Part shown: in pieces, positions 37,980-47,050 of the stretch
How positions within the stretch are numbered: position 1 is the stretch's first letter
Layout of the letters: the number at the start of each line of letters is the position of its first letter
Virus record (IMG/VR): IMGVR_UViG_3300033406_000296
Span: 1-54,455 of that record
Direction: 5' to 3' (one strand)
DNA: 54,455 nucleotides
Source of the DNA: a virus
Taxonomy: Duplodnaviria; Caudoviricetes
Notes under the pieces: generated by a model
Seen by the model: only the letters and a program-made list of their open reading frames with translations
What the model was told of the DNA's origin: nothing
Database searches by the model: none
Program-made: the position numbers and the translations under genes

Positions 37980-38345
37980 TTGATGGCTGGAATTTATAAT
38001 ATCGAGATTAACCAGGGCGAGGATTTCATTCAGTATTTTAAATGGACACTGACCGATGGTGTGACGCCGGTGCCGTTGACTGGTTTTTCATGGTCCGCCC
38101 AAATACGTTCTACAGCCAATTCATCAAGTATATTAGCAGAACTAACAGTGACGACGGTCAGTGCAACTGAGGGTATATTTACTTTGAGTTTATCAGCTGC
38201 TCTTACTGCTGAATTGCCAACGTCTGGTGAACGCTACTCAGATGTGTCTGAGTACGTTTATGATGTTATTGCAACATCAGCCGCTGGTACTGTTTATAAA
38301 GTGATAAAAGGATCGGTGCTGGTATCTCCGGGGGTGACTAAATAA
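37980..38345 (+). CDS. BppU-like virion adaptor protein
   Basis: YNIEINQGEDF...LTG...AQIR...YVYDV...G.V.VSPGVT. Confidence 0.7.
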   Translation: MMAGIYNIEINQGEDFIQYFKWTLTDGVTPVPLTGFSWSAQIRSTANSSSILAELTVTTVSATEGIFTLSLSAALTAELPTSGERYSDVSEYVYDVIATSAAGTVYKVIKGSVLVSPGVTK

Positions 38346-41068
38346 TGAGTGATTATAAAGTAATTGCAGATATTGGCGGCGGCATAACGCGGGAATTAAC
38401 TGCAGGTTATGCTACGGCTGCAGCAAAGAGCGAAAGTAATGCAGCTACTAGTGAAGCTAACGCCGCAACAAGTGAGACGAACGCTAAAACTAGTGAAAAG
38501 AATGCGGCGACCAGCGAATCTAATGCTGCTGGTTCTGCTGCTATAGCCCAGGAAGTAGCACAGCAAGGTACAGCCTATCCGCTAGATACTGTGCAGACTA
38601 CCATACAAGAATCTACCGGATATGGTGTAATATATGGTCTTGCGGTAACGGCACAAGCAACGGCAGATATGACGGTAGCTATTTCTGCCGGGATTATTCA
38701 TCCGTCAAGTGGTGAGCGTTATGAAATAGCAGAAGTATCAGCGCAGGCAATCGATACAGCAGATAGCGCATTACCGCGAACTGACCTAATATATGTAAGT
38801 TCGGCGGGTGTAGTCACTTACCTAGCTGGTGATCTTGGCACGGCGGCGGTAGCTGGCAGTTGTGCTTATACGCTGACAACTAATTTCGCAAGCGGTGACA
38901 CAACTGTTTTTGACGGAATAACCTTCACAGTCACAACAGCAACCCAAGACTCTACTGACTTTGTTCTTGGTTCAGATATAGCAACGTCAATGACCAATTT
39001 TGCAACCGCTCTAAACGCTAACTCAACGGTTAGTGCTACATATACTGCAAGTGCTAGTGATGGGGTTATAACAATTACTGAGAATACGGCAGGCGGCGGA
39101 AATACGCCATCAGCTATGACGGTGACCGGCACTGGCGTAATTACAGAAGGAACAGCAACAACTAGTACGGCGGCAAGTTCAACTGCTCCTGACTTGCCAG
39201 ACGGTGCATTATCTTTGGCGATGATTGCGGTTGATGCAGGAGTAACGACGATTACCGATGACGACCTTACTGATTTAAGATGGTTTAAGGGTTCTCTAAT
39301 GAATCATCCCGGCGGCACATATAAGGGTGCTATGGTCGCGTTTGTTGGCGATGATGGCCAAAAAACCGCGTGGACTGTATTTTACGAAAAAATCTTTGGG
39401 CCAAAGGCTGAAAATGTCCCATGCACTATACCAATAATTACAAAACAAATTGGCGTCAGTTCATATTTTTTAACGTGGGATCAAGCAGTGGCGTTAAAAA
39501 AGGCCGGATGGACAATTGCATCTCACTCTCACAGTCATATTGATGCTACGGCAGTGACAGAGACAGAATTTGAAGCTGACGTTGTATTATCGAAAAAATT
39601 ATTAGCGGCACATGGCTGTGACGATGATTTTTATTTTGCGCCGAACGGAAAATACAATGAAATGAGTGACAGGGTTACACGAAAGCATTTTCGCGGTGCT
39701 TTTGTTTCTGGCGGAGGCTTTGTAGATGGTGCAGATGATACTACCGGGCTAGGCCGTACTGGTATATTTGACAATTACCATATTGAGCGTCGTGGTGGAA
39801 TCGGTGAAGATGATGTTACTCTAGCAAAATGCAAAGCAGATGTTGATTATGCAGTAGATAATGATTTATTGCTTGTTTTTTGTACTCACCCGCAAAACGT
39901 AGATACCGACGATGAAATTGCAGATTATAGAACATTAATCCAATATATCAAGTCCCTTGACGTGCCTATTGTAAATATGAGAGATGCAATAATGTGTAAG
40001 GGCAATATAGTAGATACTGGGAACCGCAATGTAACGGGTGAAACGTGGGAACGGGTTGACTGCAATGGTAACAGATTTGGGAATACGGACAACGTAGTGT
40101 TGCCGAATTCGAGTACAAGCAGTACGAGTTATGTACAATTTGCAACCGCTAAAATTAAAGCAAGTGAGTGCGGATTTAAGGTTGATTATATTCTCACCAA
40201 TACAACAGGTAGTGCAGCCAGCGCGGGTAATATATCGGTTGAAATCCAGGCCGCATCACCAATTACATCCGATTTGGCGTATGTTCGAATAGCAAACAAT
40301 GTCGAAGAAAATAACGTAAACGGCTTAATTTCAGTTTTCGGGGTTGTGACTGAAGAAGCAACAAAATATAAAATAGTTGATTTTTATATTTGTTACAACA
40401 AGACGTATTCCAATGTTATTTTAAACAATTTTAAGTCTTGGCGATATAATGTTGCTTATTCAGAAATTAGTTTTGTAAATGATGCCGACTTAATTACTGC
40501 TCTCCCCGATGGTACACAATACACGCAAGTTGTATTTGGCGGTATAAAGCCTGTTATTGCTACGGCTGCACCAACGACTGCGCCAAAGTTTATAGGACAA
40601 TCACTTATTAATACAAATGGATATACGTATCTGGCAAATGGCACAAGTGCTAAAACTGATTGGCAAGTATTGGGCACAGTGGTCACGGGTGGCACTTTCA
40701 CCCCAAAAATAATAGGCTCGACCACTGCCGGGAGCCATACTTATACGGTGCAGGAAGGCACGTATACCAAAATTGGTAATGTTATTTTTGGGCATGTTGC
40801 AATAACTGCTACAATTGACAGTACGATTGATGGCAATGTCAGAATTTCCGGATTGCCTTCAACATTTTCTTTCAATACATCGATTACAATAGGCAGGCAA
40901 TCCGGCTGGGGGTCGAGTGGAGTTTTAAGGTCAGCATTTGCGGTTTCCGGCACAAATTATATTCAGTTAGCGACAATTAACAGTTCTTACAATACCGCAT
41001 TGGTACAAGGTTCAGCTATTCAAGGTGCAACTGTGTTAGTATGGTTGCAATTTACTTATTTAGTTTAG
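38345..41068 (+). CDS. Tail fibre/spike with CE4 polysaccharide deacetylase domain
   Basis: N-terminal 7-aa AATSE.N repeats; AFVGDDG, IASHSHSH, F.APNG, LVFCTH; beta-rich C-terminus. Confidence 0.8.
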   Translation: MSDYKVIADIGGGITRELTAGYATAAAKSESNAATSEANAATSETNAKTSEKNAATSESNAAGSAAIAQEVAQQGTAYPLDTVQTTIQESTGYGVIYGLAVTAQATADMTVAISAGIIHPSSGERYEIAEVSAQAIDTADSALPRTDLIYVSSAGVVTYLAGDLGTAAVAGSCAYTLTTNFASGDTTVFDGITFTVTTATQDSTDFVLGSDIATSMTNFATALNANSTVSATYTASASDGVITITENTAGGGNTPSAMTVTGTGVITEGTATTSTAASSTAPDLPDGALSLAMIAVDAGVTTITDDDLTDLRWFKGSLMNHPGGTYKGAMVAFVGDDGQKTAWTVFYEKIFGPKAENVPCTIPIITKQIGVSSYFLTWDQAVALKKAGWTIASHSHSHIDATAVTETEFEADVVLSKKLLAAHGCDDDFYFAPNGKYNEMSDRVTRKHFRGAFVSGGGFVDGADDTTGLGRTGIFDNYHIERRGGIGEDDVTLAKCKADVDYAVDNDLLLVFCTHPQNVDTDDEIADYRTLIQYIKSLDVPIVNMRDAIMCKGNIVDTGNRNVTGETWERVDCNGNRFGNTDNVVLPNSSTSSTSYVQFATAKIKASECGFKVDYILTNTTGSAASAGNISVEIQAASPITSDLAYVRIANNVEENNVNGLISVFGVVTEEATKYKIVDFYICYNKTYSNVILNNFKSWRYNVAYSEISFVNDADLITALPDGTQYTQVVFGGIKPVIATAAPTTAPKFIGQSLINTNGYTYLANGTSAKTDWQVLGTVVTGGTFTPKIIGSTTAGSHTYTVQEGTYTKIGNVIFGHVAITATIDSTIDGNVRISGLPSTFSFNTSITIGRQSGWGSSGVLRSAFAVSGTNYIQLATINSSYNTALVQGSAIQGATVLVWLQFTYLV

Positions 41069-41083
41069 AGGAGGGGTTATAAA

Positions 41084-41365
41084 ATGGCTTTAACAAAGAC
41101 AATCACCTTAGATAGTGGGTTGACTGTAGAGGATGTATACGTGCGTATTGATAATCAAGCTGGTAGAGACTCTATCCGATTGACGGTCAATTATTATGTC
41201 TCACGAACACAATATTATGCTGGATCAAGCGCACTGGCTCCATCAAAATCTTACATCTTTACTCCTGATATAACATCATCCGGTGCTAACTTCATCAAAC
41301 AAGGATATGTATATTTGAAAACTACTGATGATTTTTCAGATGCAACTGATGTTTTAGAAAGTTAA
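41084..41365 (+). CDS. Small fibre-associated protein
   Basis: MALTKTITLDSGLTV..Y.RI...Q.Y.YLKT..F.DA.DV; follows the fibre gene. Confidence 0.65.
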   Translation: MALTKTITLDSGLTVEDVYVRIDNQAGRDSIRLTVNYYVSRTQYYAGSSALAPSKSYIFTPDITSSGANFIKQGYVYLKTTDDFSDATDVLES

Positions 41366-41404
41366 GGCCATAAGGCCTATTTTTTATGGGGAGGGGCAGA
41401 CGAT

Positions 41405-41566
41405 GTGAACGAAATCAACGAGGCTGTTAAACAGTCTAGTATCCCTGTTACGGTGTCGACATTAACGTTTTTGAACATTCAATTAGCAGATTGGGTTTAT
41501 ATTCTTACAGTGATATATCTTGCCTTGCAAATTGTTTATTTAGGCAAAAAAATACTTAGGAGGTGA
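41405..41566 (+). CDS. Holin (T7 gp17.5-like, 53 aa, not in ORF track)
   Basis: RBS GGGGAGG; LADWVYILTVIYLALQIVYLGKKILRR; directly before the endolysin. Confidence 0.75.
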   Translation: MNEINEAVKQSSIPVTVSTLTFLNIQLADWVYILTVIYLALQIVYLGKKILRR

Positions 41567-41571
41567 GAACA

Positions 41572-42120
41572 ATGCAATTGGCTGATATTCGAGAACTTGC
41601 CAAAGCCTCTACTGGTAAAATTGGTCACGTTTACGTCCATTGGACAGCGGCACATTATGGTCAGCAGTTTGACGATTATCACATCTTGGTAGATAAGGAT
41701 GGCACAATCTACACTACGGTAAGCGATTTAACAACGCATCTAAATCACACTTATATGCGTAATTCAGGGGCGATTGCTATTGGGGCACTATGTGCATATC
41801 AGGCCCATTCTACCGATAACCTTGGGCCAGAACCGCCGACTGATGCGCAGATCGAGGCGATAGCCCAGGTGATGGCGGTACTCAGCGAAGAGTTAGAATT
41901 GCCGATCGATATTCAGCACTTTATGACACATGCTGAAGCGGCTGATAACATGGATGGCTTAAATCCCGGGTATGAAGCTAACGGGTATCCTGATGGCAAA
42001 TATGGTCCAGAAAACTCAGTAGAAAGGTGGGATTTTTGGGTGGTCAAAGCGAAAGATCCGCCGGGATCTGGAGGTGATATTTTAAGAGGTAAGGCGCTCT
42101 GGTATTTGCATAATGGTTAG
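41572..42120 (+). CDS. Endolysin, N-acetylmuramoyl-L-alanine amidase (Amidase_2)
   Basis: VHWTA, YHILVD..G, HT..RN, THAE. Confidence 0.88.
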   Translation: MQLADIRELAKASTGKIGHVYVHWTAAHYGQQFDDYHILVDKDGTIYTTVSDLTTHLNHTYMRNSGAIAIGALCAYQAHSTDNLGPEPPTDAQIEAIAQVMAVLSEELELPIDIQHFMTHAEAADNMDGLNPGYEANGYPDGKYGPENSVERWDFWVVKAKDPPGSGGDILRGKALWYLHNG

Positions 42121-42234
42121 TATTGGCCGCTGTTATTAAAGCAGTTGGCTTTTTATTTTAATAAGGGGTAGCACCAACATTATGCGGATTTCATATGCTA
42201 AGAGAATTTTTCGTTCGAGAATAGTCCATTATGT

Positions 42235-42270
42235 TAAAAGCCATCTACTAATTATTGTAGATGGCTTTTA
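42235..42270. terminator. Bidirectional terminator inside the cassette
   Basis: TAAAAGCCATCTAC/GTAGATGGCTTTTA perfect 14-bp inverted repeat. Confidence 0.8.
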
Positions 42271-42276
42271 ATAATA

Positions 42277-42717
42277 TTATTGTGTACGCAATTTAGGAGA
42301 ATTCAACCAAAATCCTGAAATAAATTCTTTATCGCCTTGATCAGCAAAAACAACTTTAACAATCACATCCTCAGGCTCTGCCGTAAAGTGAGCTTTATAT
42401 TTAACAGTTACTCTTTCATTGTTAACTTCATACCCTAGATATTCTTTACTATTAGCAATATACTTCCCAATATTATCTTTAATCGGAATAATTTTATCTT
42501 TATAATTTTCTTCAGATATTGCAACTTTCATTTTATCCGTAAAATCCATTGAAAAATTCGAGTAATTATCTTCATTCATTGCCATTAATATATTTTCTGT
42601 CATTGGATCAGCAAATGGTCTAACATCTTCCGCACTAGGTTGTTTTGCAAGACAGACTGAAAAAATCGTTAGCAACATCAGACACGCAACCAAACATGTC
42701 GCTAATCTCCACCTCAT
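42277..42717 (-). CDS. Exported DUF3887-like protein (cassette cargo)
   Basis: Signal peptide; ENIL.AMN..NY..FS.DF...MK; ISGFWLNSPKL. Confidence 0.75.
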   Translation of the reverse strand: MRWRLATCLVACLMLLTIFSVCLAKQPSAEDVRPFADPMTENILMAMNEDNYSNFSMDFTDKMKVAISEENYKDKIIPIKDNIGKYIANSKEYLGYEVNNERVTVKYKAHFTAEPEDVIVKVVFADQGDKEFISGFWLNSPKLRTQ

Positions 42718-42874
42718 TTATATCACCTCCTAAAATAAATGTATTTCACAGCACACATTTAATTCATATTTTTATATAAATTATTCAATATCCGATAAAA
42801 GAGCCATTCTGTAAACTATCAAACCTTGGAATTCCGCGCAATGTTGGTGCTACCCCAATAAGGAGTGTGATTTC

Positions 42875-43618
42875 ATGGAACACAAGTTCCTACTAAAGAA
42901 AGATACCCCAGACCTACGAGATCATATCTTTTGCTCAGCAACTTTTAAGAAAGAGTCTCATCTGCCAACTAAGGTTGACCTGCGAAAAAAATGCAGCCCG
43001 ATAGTCAACCAAGGCGAAATGGGAAGCTGTACAGCTAATGCCATAGTCAGCGGCTTAAGAGAGTATCAGCTTAAGAATAACGCTTATTGGTTGGCCTTGT
43101 CCCGATTATTTCTATATTACCAGGAACGCTTGTTAGAGGATTCGGTTAATGAGGACAGCGGCGCTATGATCCGGGATGGCATGAAGGTACTGAACCAAAT
43201 TGGCGTGTGCCCTGAAGCTGATTGGCCCTATGATATTTCGACGTTCACTAATCCACCGACTGACAAAATGGTTGCCGATGCCGCACCGTACAAGGTTAAA
43301 GAGTATCACCGCATTACGTCACTGGCACAACTAAAGGCGGCGCTGGCAGAAGGATTGCCTGTTGTTATCGGTATTGAGGTCTATGAATCATTCGAGAGTG
43401 ACGAAGTTGCCAGCACTGGAATAGTGCCGATGCCGGACACTTCAAAAGAAGAATTACTTGGAGGCCATGCGGTTTTAGTGGTTGGCTATGACGATGACAA
43501 GAGTGAGCTAATAGTAAGGAATAGCTGGGGCATAACTTTCGGGGATTTGGGCTACTTTTATCTACCTTATGACTACTACGATAAATACGCCAGTGATTGC
43601 TGGACAAGCAGGGGGTAG
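42875..43618 (+). CDS. C1A papain-family cysteine protease (xylellain-like, no signal peptide)
   Basis: QGEMGSCTANA (Cys), GGHAV (His), IVRNSWG (Asn). Confidence 0.93.
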   Translation: MEHKFLLKKDTPDLRDHIFCSATFKKESHLPTKVDLRKKCSPIVNQGEMGSCTANAIVSGLREYQLKNNAYWLALSRLFLYYQERLLEDSVNEDSGAMIRDGMKVLNQIGVCPEADWPYDISTFTNPPTDKMVADAAPYKVKEYHRITSLAQLKAALAEGLPVVIGIEVYESFESDEVASTGIVPMPDTSKEELLGGHAVLVVGYDDDKSELIVRNSWGITFGDLGYFYLPYDYYDKYASDCWTSRG

Positions 43619-43620
43619 CC

Positions 43621-44418
43621 ATGGATATAGATGAAATTGAAAAACAGGTATTACCATACCTCATAAAACTCGCTGAGTCGCCACCAGTGCAGGCCGAACT
43701 ACAGGCCGCAAAGGTGGCGATTATTAATGTGATCGAAGCGGAGGCGGCTAGAGCCGTCCCGTTTGGACTTCGGACCATCGCCCGGTTACTGCGGTGGACA
43801 ATAAAAAATATAAAAAGGATGTGTTTTTCTATGAAAACGAATTTTAATTTACAGAGGTTTGCTGATGATACCGCAACGACTACTACGGGGAATGTCACCA
43901 TCACAGTCCAAAATAGTGCTGAAACGGTGTTGCCCGGTGCAACGGTCAGCGTAACAATTAGCGATGTGACCACTACTGCTACTACCGGCACCGATGGTAC
44001 TGCAACCTTTAGCGACTTGGCGGCCGGGAGTCAGACCTTTACCGCAACACTTGACGGATACACCTCTAATACTGCTACCGTTACCGTAGAAGCTGGCGAC
44101 ACTGTAACCGGAACTATTACCATGGTTGCAACGACTGCCAGCGCAGTAACTTCAGTTATCACCGCTGTGCTGAGTGAACTGTCCGACCTGATTAGTAATG
44201 CTTCAACTGAGGCTGTAGCAACTGTCATTACCGAGCTAGAAACCGAAATCGACTCCACTTCTAGCCTATGGGTTAAGATTCGTGACAACATGGAAAAAGC
44301 CGTGCTCACATCAATCAAGAGCATTGTTATTTCAACTCTGGTTAGTGCCTTGACTGATAAAATCGAATCGTACTTAAATAAAGTTTTGACAAACGAAGCT
44401 GCTGCCGCTAAAAAGTAA
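43621..44418 (+). CDS. Ig-like (carboxypeptidase-regulatory/Big-type) domain protein with helical C-terminus; internal start at 43831
   Basis: Two RBS+ATG in the same frame (43621, 43831); LPGATV..TGTDGTATF..L..G..T.TAT.DGY. Confidence 0.75.
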   Translation: MDIDEIEKQVLPYLIKLAESPPVQAELQAAKVAIINVIEAEAARAVPFGLRTIARLLRWTIKNIKRMCFSMKTNFNLQRFADDTATTTTGNVTITVQNSAETVLPGATVSVTISDVTTTATTGTDGTATFSDLAAGSQTFTATLDGYTSNTATVTVEAGDTVTGTITMVATTASAVTSVITAVLSELSDLISNASTEAVATVITELETEIDSTSSLWVKIRDNMEKAVLTSIKSIVISTLVSALTDKIESYLNKVLTNEAAAAKK

Positions 44419-44478
44419 GATATTACTGGCCCGGTCTTAATTGATCGGGCCTAATTTTTTTATGTGGGAGGGAGCAAA

Positions 44479-44937
44479 TTGGCAAAGGTAGATATTCTAT
44501 TTTCATATCCATGTACTGAGTTTGGAAAAATTATTGACTGGGCAGAAGGTCCGGGACAAGACCCAAGTCACACGGCTATTTTTATGCTGGGTGGAATCTT
44601 AGAAGCACTTGACAATGGTTTTGTGAAGTCGCCGATAACCTCCTATGACGGATTTAAGACTACGATATTAACTGTTGATGTGCCTGATATAAAGGCAGCT
44701 GAAGCTAAAGCCGAAAAACTGTTAGGCACACCATATGGCTGGGAAGCGTGTATTGATGGCGGGTTACATGATCTTTTAGGAGTTACTGTGCCAGGTGATG
44801 GGGAAAAGACGGTTGACTGTTCGGAGGCAGTTGTGCGGATTCTACAGGCTGGCGGCTTGAATATATTCCCGGATTTTTCGGCAGATAATGTTACGCCAGT
44901 GGATCTGCTGAAAAAGTTGCAGGGATTGATGGTATGA
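44479..44937 (+). CDS. Permuted papain-like NlpC/P60 enzyme (YiiX/C92-like)
   Basis: His before Cys: SHTAI..ILEA, LGTPY, DCSEAV, VTPVDL. Confidence 0.8.
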   Translation: MAKVDILFSYPCTEFGKIIDWAEGPGQDPSHTAIFMLGGILEALDNGFVKSPITSYDGFKTTILTVDVPDIKAAEAKAEKLLGTPYGWEACIDGGLHDLLGVTVPGDGEKTVDCSEAVVRILQAGGLNIFPDFSADNVTPVDLLKKLQGLMV

Positions 44938-45075
44938 GGATGCGCCTACTGGCCTTAGCCTAGCAATGACTATGGTTATGGGGGTTGAACAAGGTTATAG
45001 TACGTGTCAAATGTCTAAAGCCTGTTATATGTGTCCATACTGGAAATATAACCCATTATTAAAGGGGAAGATGGT

Positions 45076-46731
45076 GTGGAAAACCAACTATATTACGGTG
45101 ATAACTTAAAAATACTCCGCAAACACATCTGGGATGAGAGTGTTAATCTTATTTATCTTGATCCTCCATTTAATAGTCAGGCTAGCTATAATATCTTTTT
45201 TAAAGAAAAGGGGGGAGCTGCACCTGAAGCACAAGTCACTGCTTTTGATGATTTTTGGAAGTGGGAATCGCCACATACCGATATAGTATTTAATAAACTA
45301 ATAACCCAGCCTCCAAAAAGATTATCAGACTTAATGGAAGCCTACTTAAAATTTTTAGGGAAAAGTAATTTAATGGCATATATTACTATGATGGCCATTC
45401 GGCTAAAAGAGCTACATCGGGTCTTAAAACCAGAGGGAAATTTGTATCTTCATTGTGATCCGACGGCAAGTCATTATATAAAACTTTTATTAGATGCTAT
45501 TTTTGGTATTGAAAACTTTAGAAACGAAATTATATGGAAGAGGTCTCAGCCCAAGGCGCATATTAGCAGGCGTTTTTCGCGAGCTCATGACGTTTTATTC
45601 TGGTATAGTAAATCAGAGTCATCTATTTTTATTCCTCAATATAAGCCACATGATCCTGAATATATTCAGAAATTTTACCGATTTACAGAACCTGATACGG
45701 GAAGACGATATCGGCTGGGAGATTTGACTAATCCAAATAAAAATCGTCCTAACCTAACTTATGAATTTCCACCTGGCAGTGGTGTAGTTCGGGTTTGGCG
45801 ATGGACAAAAGATAAAATGCAGAAGGCATGGAAAGACGGGATAATAGTTGTTCCGAAAAGTGGGAAGGTCGTCCAATGCAAGCGATATTTAGATGAGATG
45901 AAAGGGAGCCCTATTACTGATCTGTGGGATGATATAGAACATTTGCATGGTAATCATAAGGAGACTGTGGGATTTCCAACGCAAAAACCACTATCGTTAT
46001 TGAATCGTATAATTCAAGCTACTACTAAACCTGAAGATGTAGTACTAGATCCTTTCTGTGGATGCGGTACAACAATTGCTGCAGCTGAAAAACTAAATAG
46101 AAGATGGATAGGTATTGATATTACGCATTTGGCGATTGCTATAATAAAAAACAGGTTGGAATTGGGGATACATAATCCTTATGAGGTAATTGGTCTTCCA
46201 AATGATTTAAGTGGGGCAAAAGAATTAGCTAGTAATAAATACGAGTTTGAGTATTGGGCGGTAGACCTAATCGGGGGTTATCCAAAATCAGATAAAAAGA
46301 AGAAAGGTGCTGACGGGGGAATTGACGGTTATATAAAATTTGTAGATGATAATCCCCTAAAACCTAAAACTATGTTAGTACAGGTGAAAAGTGGTCATGT
46401 AGGTGTTGATGATATACGCAGTTTTGCCAGAGTAATTGATCGGGAATGTGCTGCAATGGGAGTGTTTGTTACATTGGAAAAACCTACAGGCCCCATGGTC
46501 AAAGAGGCTGCAGAATTTGGTATATATAAATCGAAAATACTTGGTAGTGAAGATCAAATAGCCAAACTACAAATTTTAACAATAGAAGATATTTTAAAGG
46601 GCGTTAAAGTTCGGTTACCTAGCGTTCAGCCGATCAAGCCGAATGACCTTAATAATAATTCACGAGTTGGAGAAAAGCTTGCACATATTCAGTATAATCA
46701 ACATGTTGAATTGTTTGGGAAAGAAGTCTAA
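45076..46731 (+). CDS. Beta-class N4/N6 DNA methyltransferase fused to an Mrr-like endonuclease domain
   Basis: IYLDPPF, FPTQKP, VLDPFCGCGTT; C-terminal FE.W...DGGIDG...VQVKSG. Confidence 0.9.
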   Translation: MENQLYYGDNLKILRKHIWDESVNLIYLDPPFNSQASYNIFFKEKGGAAPEAQVTAFDDFWKWESPHTDIVFNKLITQPPKRLSDLMEAYLKFLGKSNLMAYITMMAIRLKELHRVLKPEGNLYLHCDPTASHYIKLLLDAIFGIENFRNEIIWKRSQPKAHISRRFSRAHDVLFWYSKSESSIFIPQYKPHDPEYIQKFYRFTEPDTGRRYRLGDLTNPNKNRPNLTYEFPPGSGVVRVWRWTKDKMQKAWKDGIIVVPKSGKVVQCKRYLDEMKGSPITDLWDDIEHLHGNHKETVGFPTQKPLSLLNRIIQATTKPEDVVLDPFCGCGTTIAAAEKLNRRWIGIDITHLAIAIIKNRLELGIHNPYEVIGLPNDLSGAKELASNKYEFEYWAVDLIGGYPKSDKKKKGADGGIDGYIKFVDDNPLKPKTMLVQVKSGHVGVDDIRSFARVIDRECAAMGVFVTLEKPTGPMVKEAAEFGIYKSKILGSEDQIAKLQILTIEDILKGVKVRLPSVQPIKPNDLNNNSRVGEKLAHIQYNQHVELFGKEV

Positions 46732-46740
46732 TTATGGTTA

Positions 46741-46923
46741 CGGGTACGGCCATTATCTATAACTTGGGAAGATGGCCGGGAGTTTATAATTGACCGGGTT
46801 ATTGACGTGCGTAGGGCCGCCTCTCTAAAGGCTGGCGGTCTGGGAATTCGGTACACATGCAAAATTAGCGGTAAGCAAGTATATTTGTTTGGCGATGATG
46901 GTAAGTGGTTTATAGAGAAATGA
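46741..46923 (+). pseudogene. 5'-truncated conserved small protein usually linked to DinB/UmuC cassettes
   Basis: RVRPLSITWEDGREFIIDRVIDVRRAASLKAGGLGIRYTC...KWFIEK; N-terminus missing, no start codon before this segment. Confidence 0.65.
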
Positions 46924-46956
46924 TAATGTCGTTGATCGGTTGGCGGCATAAATAAT

Positions 46957-46986
46957 GGCCCTGGCGTGTGCTGGGGCTTTTTTTTT
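46957..46986 (+). terminator. Intrinsic terminator
   Basis: GGCCCTGGC-GTGT-GCTGGGGCT followed by a T-tract. Confidence 0.7.
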
Positions 46987-47050
46987 AGCGGATAATTATG
47001 AATATAAAAATGTAAAAGTGATAATAATAAAACGCCGGAGGTGGGGCATC

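Larger units (their letters stand above)
42165..42856. mobile_element. Non-autonomous Tn3-family cassette (692 bp)
   Basis: Left IR GGGGTAGCACCAACATTATGCGGATTTCATATGCTAAG (38 bp); right IR shares the first 17 bp exactly; AATAA duplicated at 42160-42164 and 42857-42861. Confidence 0.9.

Noticed and set aside
47000-47029. SigG-like promoter GAATA-N18-AATAATA before the membrane gene
   Set aside because: It fits the consensus but is nearly all A/T in an AT-rich gap, so a chance match is likely.
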